Source of the DNA: Deltaproteobacteria bacterium
Lineage (GTDB): Bacteria > Desulfobacterota > Binatia > Binatales > Binataceae
DNA length: 64,000 bases
Assembly (NCBI GenBank): GCA_003135135.1
Contig: PLDK01000007.1
Location: 2,202-66,201, forward strand
Reading direction: 5' to 3'
In this document: one piece after another, positions 58,214-64,000 of the stretch
Layout of the letters: every line of letters starts with the position of its first letter
Numbering within the stretch: the first letter of the stretch is position 1
Translations under genes and position numbers: made by a program
Notes under the pieces: model-generated
The model's input: the letters and a program-made list of their open reading frames with translations, nothing else
Told to the model about the DNA's origin: nothing
The model's database searches: none

Positions 58214-59556
58214 TGCGGGCGATTCTCCAGGCTGACCAACGGCGCAACCGCGGGCGCGAGCTTGCGGTACACGGTTAACATCTCGTCGGCGACTTGCTCC
58301 ATCGTTCGACTCTTCGGCATCCCAAGTCGAAGCCGGGGCAGCAGCCCAGGTTCTGCGAGCAATCGATTGAACGCCGTGACCCAGGCCTTGATTGACGCAG
58401 GCTCGACCAGCAACCCGTTTTTCTCGTTCTCCACAAGTTCCGCGATTCCACCCAGATTGGAACCAATGACCGGAATACCCGCGGCGAATGCCTCCAGCAC
58501 TACCAGCGGACCGGTCTCCAACCATTGCGAGGGGACGGCGAGACAGTCGTATCCGCGAAGTTCGGATATCGCATTCACGTTGGCAAATGGCGGGAGCAGC
58601 CGGATGCGCTGATCGCCTGCGTCCACCACTTTTCGCTTGATGGACTGCGCTTCGCTGTCATTTGCGATGCCGAATATATCAAGCTTGAGTCGGGGGCTGC
58701 TGATTCGCCGCATCGCCTCGAGCAGAATATCGATGCCCTTCTCGCGCGCCAGCCTCCCCAGGAAGGCAATGCGGATATCCTCACCAGCCCTTCGCGGTTC
58801 GCCTGGATAGTTCAGTTGCGCCGAGTTGCGCAGTGCATGATGCGAGATTGTCAGCTTCGACTTGTCCACGCCGTTTCGCAGCATCAAATCGTAAACCCAG
58901 TTGCACACCGCGACTATTGCGTCAGCTTCCTCGAACAGACCCTTTACCGCGTCTTTGCGCAGTTGTATAAGCTCCGACGCGCGCACCGCCGTCATCAGTC
59001 TTCCTTCCAGCCCGAGCTTGCCGACACGTTCACCTATGGCGACAGGCAGACTGGCTACTGCAATACTGAGTGCGCGGCTAAGTCCTTTGCCGTGAAGCAT
59101 GCAAGCGGCGCATGGCGCTGACTCCAGGTCGCCATCGCATTGCTCGATGCCCCAGCGCAACAGAGTTCCGCGGACGCAACTGACAGTGGGCGTATGATAG
59201 GTGAACACGACCGGGATACCCGCGGCTTTGGCGGTGCGCAATACCCTCAGTGACACCCCGGCGGTCCAGGAATGCAGGTGCACTACATCGGGTGCGCAAG
59301 ACTCAAGGACCTTTGCAAACGACTGTGCCGCAACCGGATCCCCAAGGCCATATAGATTGGCCAAGCTCGGAGTACCGGTCGCGAATCGATGCACCGTCAG
59401 GTCATTGTATCGATATGAACGCTGATCAGCCGCCGGAACCGCGATTTCCGCCTCAACCTCCAGCTTACGCAGGCACATAGCCAGCGATTCGACGTATATC
59501 TCGGTGCCACCAACTGGATCAGGGTAGAAGCAGAACGGAAGGTGCAAAGTTTTCAT
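58210..59556 (-). CDS. GT4-family glycosyltransferase
   Basis: MKTLHLPFCFYPDPVGGTEIYVESLAMCL...IAFLGRLAREKGIDILLEAM...VPSQWLETGPLVVLEAFAAGIPVIGS... Ends ...ENRPQ*, sharing the 3'-end motif of the GT2 genes. Confidence 0.8.
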   Translation of the reverse strand: MKTLHLPFCFYPDPVGGTEIYVESLAMCLRKLEVEAEIAVPAADQRSYRYNDLTVHRFATGTPSLANLYGLGDPVAAQSFAKVLESCAPDVVHLHSWTAGVSLRVLRTAKAAGIPVVFTYHTPTVSCVRGTLLRWGIEQCDGDLESAPCAACMLHGKGLSRALSIAVASLPVAIGERVGKLGLEGRLMTAVRASELIQLRKDAVKGLFEEADAIVAVCNWVYDLMLRNGVDKSKLTISHHALRNSAQLNYPGEPRRAGEDIRIAFLGRLAREKGIDILLEAMRRISSPRLKLDIFGIANDSEAQSIKRKVVDAGDQRIRLLPPFANVNAISELRGYDCLAVPSQWLETGPLVVLEAFAAGIPVIGSNLGGIAELVENEKNGLLVEPASIKAWVTAFNRLLAEPGLLPRLRLGMPKSRTMEQVADEMLTVYRKLAPAVAPLVSLENRPQ

Positions 59557-59758
59557 TGCGCTCACGATGACACAAAGAGCAGCCGCATTTCGTCTCTTCC
59601 CACTACCCCCTTCTAGCAGGCCGTCCGGCCGCATCTTTGTTTTAACATTGGGTGCATGGCTTACCCCTGGCCGTTGGCACGGCTGGCTCTTCCATGGTGT
59701 AGTCGCGAAAAGATGCGCTGCGCAGATTTTCGCGTCTTTTTAACACCGGGTGCAGGGG

Positions 59759-60961
59759 TCAGCCCTGCCCGACAATCGAATCGAGCGCGGACAGCAAGCC
59801 GTCTCGGTCCGCGTTGAAACCAAGATGCGCAACTTTTTCGAGAGCGCGCGCGCCCATCGCGGCGCGATCCTCGGGGTTGTCGATCATCCGATGCAGCCGA
59901 TTTGCGAGCGCCGCGACGTCGCGCGCCGGATATACGAATCCATTGACGCCGTCCTCGACCAAATCCGGCCCCGCGCCGACGCGATCGCTCACGACGACCG
60001 GCGTGCCCGCGTTCATTACTTCGTTGATCACCAGCCCCCACGGCTCGTGCTCGGAGGGCAGCACGAATACGTCGGATAGATCGTACAAGGCGGGAAGTTC
60101 GGATTGGTTTCTGAAGCCGATGAAGCGGATTGAGTCCCACTTCAGAGAGCGCGCGCGGCGTTCGAGCTTGGCCCGCTCCTCGCCGTCGCCGGCGAAGACC
60201 AGGCAGGCCGCGGGCTCGGCGGTTCCGTCGGGCGACATGCGCGCGTAGGCCTCGAGCAGGTCGCCGGCGCGCTTGTGCGGCTGCATCTTCGAAGCGAACA
60301 GAATCACCGCGCGCCCCGGATGCAATCCAAGCTCGGCGCGCAGCCGTTCGCGGCGCGGCCGCGCTTGATCCGCGGCGCCGCGAAAAAATTCGTTGTCCAC
60401 CGCGTAAGGCATCGGAAAAATTCGGCCGGCTTCGACGCCGTAATGAAGATAGTATTCGCGATTGAGGCGCCCGATCGCGAGCCAAGCGTCAATCGTCCGC
60501 AGCAGCGCCGGCATCGCGATGCGCTTGAGGCGCAGCTTCAGCGCGTCATCGGTCTCGCTGAGCAGATTGGACTCGCCGCGCAGCATTACCGGGATGCCCA
60601 AAGACTTCGCCGCCGCGATTCCCGCCAGGCATCCGCGATGCGCGTAGCCGTGGACCCACAACGCGTCGAATCGCCCGCGTCGAAGCCGCGTGCGCATCCC
60701 GAACGTCCAGGGGCGCCAGAAGGATAGTCCGCTTCCTGAACCCAGGTGCGGCAGAAAATCATGGCGGTAGCCGTCGAGCAGCGGCACATCCCATTTCACG
60801 CTCACGCCAAAGCCCGAATCGCGATAGGCGCGGATCGATAGATCGCTCAGGAAAAAAACCGTCAGATCGATACCCGGACGTGCCGCCAGATAGCGGAACA
60901 GCGGCGCCTGGTACTGGATCGGATGACTGACCAGGCACGCAACGCGGTACGGCGCGTTCAT
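59759..60961 (-). CDS. GT4-family glycosyltransferase
   Basis: MNAPYRVACLVSHPIQYQAPLFRYLAA...ILFASKMQPHKRAGDLLEAY...FVLPSEHEPWGLVINEVMNAGTPVVVS... Confidence 0.8.
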   Translation of the reverse strand: MNAPYRVACLVSHPIQYQAPLFRYLAARPGIDLTVFFLSDLSIRAYRDSGFGVSVKWDVPLLDGYRHDFLPHLGSGSGLSFWRPWTFGMRTRLRRGRFDALWVHGYAHRGCLAGIAAAKSLGIPVMLRGESNLLSETDDALKLRLKRIAMPALLRTIDAWLAIGRLNREYYLHYGVEAGRIFPMPYAVDNEFFRGAADQARPRRERLRAELGLHPGRAVILFASKMQPHKRAGDLLEAYARMSPDGTAEPAACLVFAGDGEERAKLERRARSLKWDSIRFIGFRNQSELPALYDLSDVFVLPSEHEPWGLVINEVMNAGTPVVVSDRVGAGPDLVEDGVNGFVYPARDVAALANRLHRMIDNPEDRAAMGARALEKVAHLGFNADRDGLLSALDSIVGQG

Positions 60962-60987
60962 CGCGGGTTGGCGCCGGCCGCGCGGCA

Positions 60988-62080
60988 TCAGACGAGCAGC
61001 GCCCCGAAGTTCTGCCGGAAGCGATCGAAGCTGAAGTTGCTCGCGACCAGCGCGCGTCCCGCGGCGCCCATCCGCGCCCGCAGATCAGAGTCGCCCAGCA
61101 AAAGCTTCAAGCGGCCGGCCAGCGCGTGGGCGTCGCCGTGGTCAACCAGGAAACCCGCCGTTGCGTCCGCAAAGACCTCGGGCGTTCCACCATGATTGCC
61201 GCCGACAACCGGGATTCCGAGCGCCATCGCTTCCAGGAACACGATGCCGAAGCCCTCCGTCCGGCTGGGCATCACGAAAATTTCGCACGCCGCGTAGAAT
61301 GCGCGCAGCGCGGCGCCGTCCACCGAGCCGGCGAATGTTACGTGCTGATCCACTCCGCAGCGGTGTGCGAGCTGCTCGAGACGGGGACGATCATCGCCGT
61401 CGCCGACTACCACGTAGCGAACGCCGGGAAACGCCGCCAGGACCTCGGGGAGCGCCTCGATCACCGTGTCGATGCCCTTATATTCGCCGCGCTCGGGGCT
61501 CATCAGGCGCGCCACGGTCAGCATGATGGGCGGCTCGCCCGGATGCGGCCGCGATGGCGCGGCGCCTTTCGGAGAGGCGAATTCCGGGTCGAGGGCGCAT
61601 GCGACGATCGCGATCTTTTCCCGCCCGATACCCTGCAGCTCCGCCAGCTTGGCCGCGTTGAACTCGGCGATCGCCGTGACCCGATCCGCGCATCTAAGCC
61701 CAAAGGCGCGCACGCGCGGCAGCGGCTCCCAGACCTCCGTGCCGTAGGTGCTGACGATGTAGCGCGCCGCCGGATTGAGCGCGCGTATCACTAGTCCCAG
61801 CGGCGCCAGATTCGGATGATTGAAATAAGCGAGCCGAACCCCGCGTGCGCACGCCACCACGGCGCGAGTCATCGCGAGCTTGTTGCGCGCAAATCCGGTG
61901 ATGGGAAAGCTGGCGCCGGCGGCCTCGATTTCATGCTGGCCCACGGAGTCGTTCAGGCCCAGGAACCGATAATCCTCGGCGCGGCTGCGCGCCAACGTCG
62001 CGATAACCGCGGCGGCGTGGCGTCCATAACGCTGGATACCGCCGTGCTCGGTGAGACCTGTGAAAACGCCTAGAATCATC
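60988..62080 (-). CDS. GT4-family glycosyltransferase
   Basis: MILGVFTGLTEHGGIQRYGRH...LTVARLMSPERGEYKGIDTVIEAL...FVMPSRTEGFGIVFLEAMALGIPVVG... Confidence 0.8.
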
Positions 62081-62200
62081 GAATGCGTGCCGAGTGTATA
62101 GATGGCGGCATTGCGAGTTGGATGCGTCCGCCCGAAGTTGTCAACTAAAGTAGGAGGAAATCCCGTGGGTTGCGAACCGATCGTGAGCAGCGACGCGGCG

Positions 62201-63256
62201 TCAAACCTTGGGGCGAAGATTGCGGACAAAGCGGGGATGCAACGTCTCGCTATCGTCGGGGTGAGGCGACGGGTCGTCAAGCGTCGATGCGGGCTCGTCG
62301 GTCACTTGATTCAGGCCCTCGAGCTGCGCTTTGGCGCGGCGAATGAAATCCGACCCGAGAATCCATGTGCAGATGAGCGCGAAGGTGATCGAGGCGGCCA
62401 GCGTCGCCTTCTGGCGCGCTTTGGGTGCGAAATAATTGTCAGGCACGACCGGAGGTTCGACGACCTTGAACGCGAAGTCGGATTGCACCTGCGCGAGTTT
62501 CTCGCGCTGAATCTGCCGCGCCATCAGCTCGTAGAGTTGAGTCTGCAAAAGCGCGTCGGAAGTTTTGCGGACCTCATCCTGCAAGGAAGCGGCCGCGCTG
62601 GCGCCGGCTTGCACTTCCTCGTTGCGCAGCTTGTCGCGCAGGCTGTCGAGGTAAAATCCGAGCACGCGTTGAGCTTCTTCAGGCGACGGATCCACGAAAT
62701 ACACGCTGAGGTTGCCGCTCTTGAAGTCGTATTCGGTGCTGAATCGACCCGCGATCATTGTATGAATCGCCCACTTCGTCACGGGCGGCGCATTCTTGCT
62801 TCGGACGCCGATGATGGTGTGCTCGAGATGATACTTATTGACCAGGTCGGTCGTGAACGCATAGCTGTTCATGATCGCCGTATAGCGCTCGGCCAGCATA
62901 GTCGTGTCGGAGGCACCGCCGCCGAGCAGCGAGGCGATTCCCCCTCCCAATCCACCAACCATGTCACCGGCGGTTCCTGTCCCCATTGAGAGACCCTCTT
63001 CGGGCTGCACCGGAGTGACGATGGCCTGCGCGCGATACCACTTCACGGTCATGTATTTTATGTACAACCCGTAGCCGAGGCCGATGCCGATTGTCAGGGT
63101 TACAATCAGGATCCATCGCGCATACAGCAGGCCGCCGTAATGGAGAAGCTCCAGCATTGCATATTGCGCCTCGGTGAGATCACGGGGCACGCCGGCAGCG
63201 GAAGCGGTTGCGCCCGCGGACGAAGTCGAATGCCCGTTGATTCCCGAAGGATCCAT
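62201..63256 (-). CDS. Wzz-like chain-length determinant / polysaccharide co-polymerase (PCP)
   Basis: N-terminal TM (WILIVTLTIGIGLGYGLY), periplasmic coiled-coil region and C-terminal TM (ATLAASITFALICTWILG), the usual PCP topology. Its 3' end overlaps 60988-62280 by about 80 nt. Confidence 0.6.
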   Translation of the reverse strand: MDPSGINGHSTSSAGATASAAGVPRDLTEAQYAMLELLHYGGLLYARWILIVTLTIGIGLGYGLYIKYMTVKWYRAQAIVTPVQPEEGLSMGTGTAGDMVGGLGGGIASLLGGGASDTTMLAERYTAIMNSYAFTTDLVNKYHLEHTIIGVRSKNAPPVTKWAIHTMIAGRFSTEYDFKSGNLSVYFVDPSPEEAQRVLGFYLDSLRDKLRNEEVQAGASAAASLQDEVRKTSDALLQTQLYELMARQIQREKLAQVQSDFAFKVVEPPVVPDNYFAPKARQKATLAASITFALICTWILGSDFIRRAKAQLEGLNQVTDEPASTLDDPSPHPDDSETLHPRFVRNLRPKV

Positions 63257-63283
63257 AAATTTGCCGGAGACGGACGTTTCTGT

Positions 63284-64000
63284 TTAGCGCCAGACCAGGC
63301 CGCCCCAGGAGGGCGTGAACGCGAAACTGAGCTGGAGAAGGGCGCGCAGAGAGCTCTCGGTGGAATAGTTGATATCGCTCACGTATTCGATTCCCGCCCG
63401 CGCCTTCATCTCGCCGAGCGAATTCGCCAGCGGGCTGATTTCCAGTGGCAGGTGGAGCAAGTCAAAAGCGACGCCGTAACCAGTCTCGGTATTACGTCCA
63501 AACGGATAGAGGACCACCGCCGAGACGTCGGCCGCACGACGAGTATAGAAAGCGTCCACGCCGATGCGCGACTGGAAATTGAGCCATCGATCGATCTCGA
63601 AATCGACCTGCCACGCGCCCGGCCCGAGCGAACTGCCCATCAGGGCGTTCTCGTAAGACCAGTACAGCGAGTCGTTGTGGACCGAATACTCTTTGTCGGT
63701 CAGTGTGTATTCGAATCGCGCCGTGGTGCGCCCGTCGAGCGTGACCTGTGGAACATAGATTCCCGCAACGTACGACGGTCCCTTGAACGGGAGCTTGAAG
63801 TCGATGCTCTTGCCGAACGGCAGGAAAAAGTCTTCGGCCAGTTCCTCGCCATAAATCTGCGTATTGCGCAGCTGCGGGATGCGCACCTTGGCGAACACAC
63901 CGAAGCGCGTGTTGGTATTGGCAACCGCTGAATTTCCCGTCGAAAGACCGGTCAGGTCGCCGAGGAATCCCAGCGGACTGTAATTGTCGTTGCCGCTGCC
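63284..64000 (-). CDS. outer-membrane beta-barrel protein, 5'-partial; the N-terminus lies beyond the window end
   Basis: Alternating amphipathic beta-strands and a C-terminal ...SFAFTPSWGGLVWR*-type terminal strand. The open frame continues past 64000. Confidence 0.5.
   Translation of the reverse strand, partial: GSGNDNYSPLGFLGDLTGLSTGNSAVANTNTRFGVFAKVRIPQLRNTQIYGEELAEDFFLPFGKSIDFKLPFKGPSYVAGIYVPQVTLDGRTTARFEYTLTDKEYSVHNDSLYWSYENALMGSSLGPGAWQVDFEIDRWLNFQSRIGVDAFYTRRAADVSAVVLYPFGRNTETGYGVAFDLLHLPLEISPLANSLGEMKARAGIEYVSDINYSTESSLRALLQLSFAFTPSWGGLVWR

Overview
High-GC bacterial chromosomal segment, possibly Acidobacteria-like given its DUF4142, choice-of-anchor-type and IPT/TIG secreted proteins. 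It has three parts. (1) 1-9.7 kb is a housekeeping and repair region. It holds a 3'-partial PLD-like gene, an rve-family IS transposase beside a carboxylesterase gene remnant, a small DUF3309-like membrane protein, a DUF4142 secreted protein, a Ku-LigD NHEJ operon, a 231-bp MITE-like inverted-repeat element and a PoxB-like TPP enzyme. (2) 9.7-35 kb is an accessory island of lower and patchy GC. It holds an N-terminally truncated large serine recombinase followed by a 21-bp-periodic iteron-like repeat array, and a 10-kb minus-strand operon (TM+IPT/TIG protein, patatin-like phospholipase, lipoprotein, small helical protein, large signal-peptide/TM protein, 1084-aa protein with C-terminal CHAT caspase-like protease). 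This operon is the best candidate for an undescribed conflict or defence-type system. The island also holds XRE and sigma-70-region-4-like HTH paralogues each followed by an IS-end copy, a PAS protein whose 3' end is a recombination scar, an enoyl-CoA hydratase, a PLD/Nuc-like HKD nuclease fused to an Ada-type Zn ribbon, a frameshifted transposase and three tandem paralogous secreted beta-helix proteins. (3) 35-64 kb is a high-GC exopolysaccharide/O-antigen-type locus with many GT4, GT2 and GT-C glycosyltransferases, a GDP-mannose 3,5-epimerase, a NodU/CmcH carbamoyltransferase, FkbM/TylF and class I methyltransferases, Wzy-like and Wzz-like proteins and an outer-membrane beta-barrel. Throughout this locus, short (40-180 bp) duplicated gene-junction sequences, stop of one gene plus start of the next, sit at at least seven gene boundaries, together with a GT2 tandem duplication. 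This points to modular gene shuffling by homologous recombination. Coordinates derived by hand may be off by 1-2 nt; ORF-track coordinates (stop included) were used where available.
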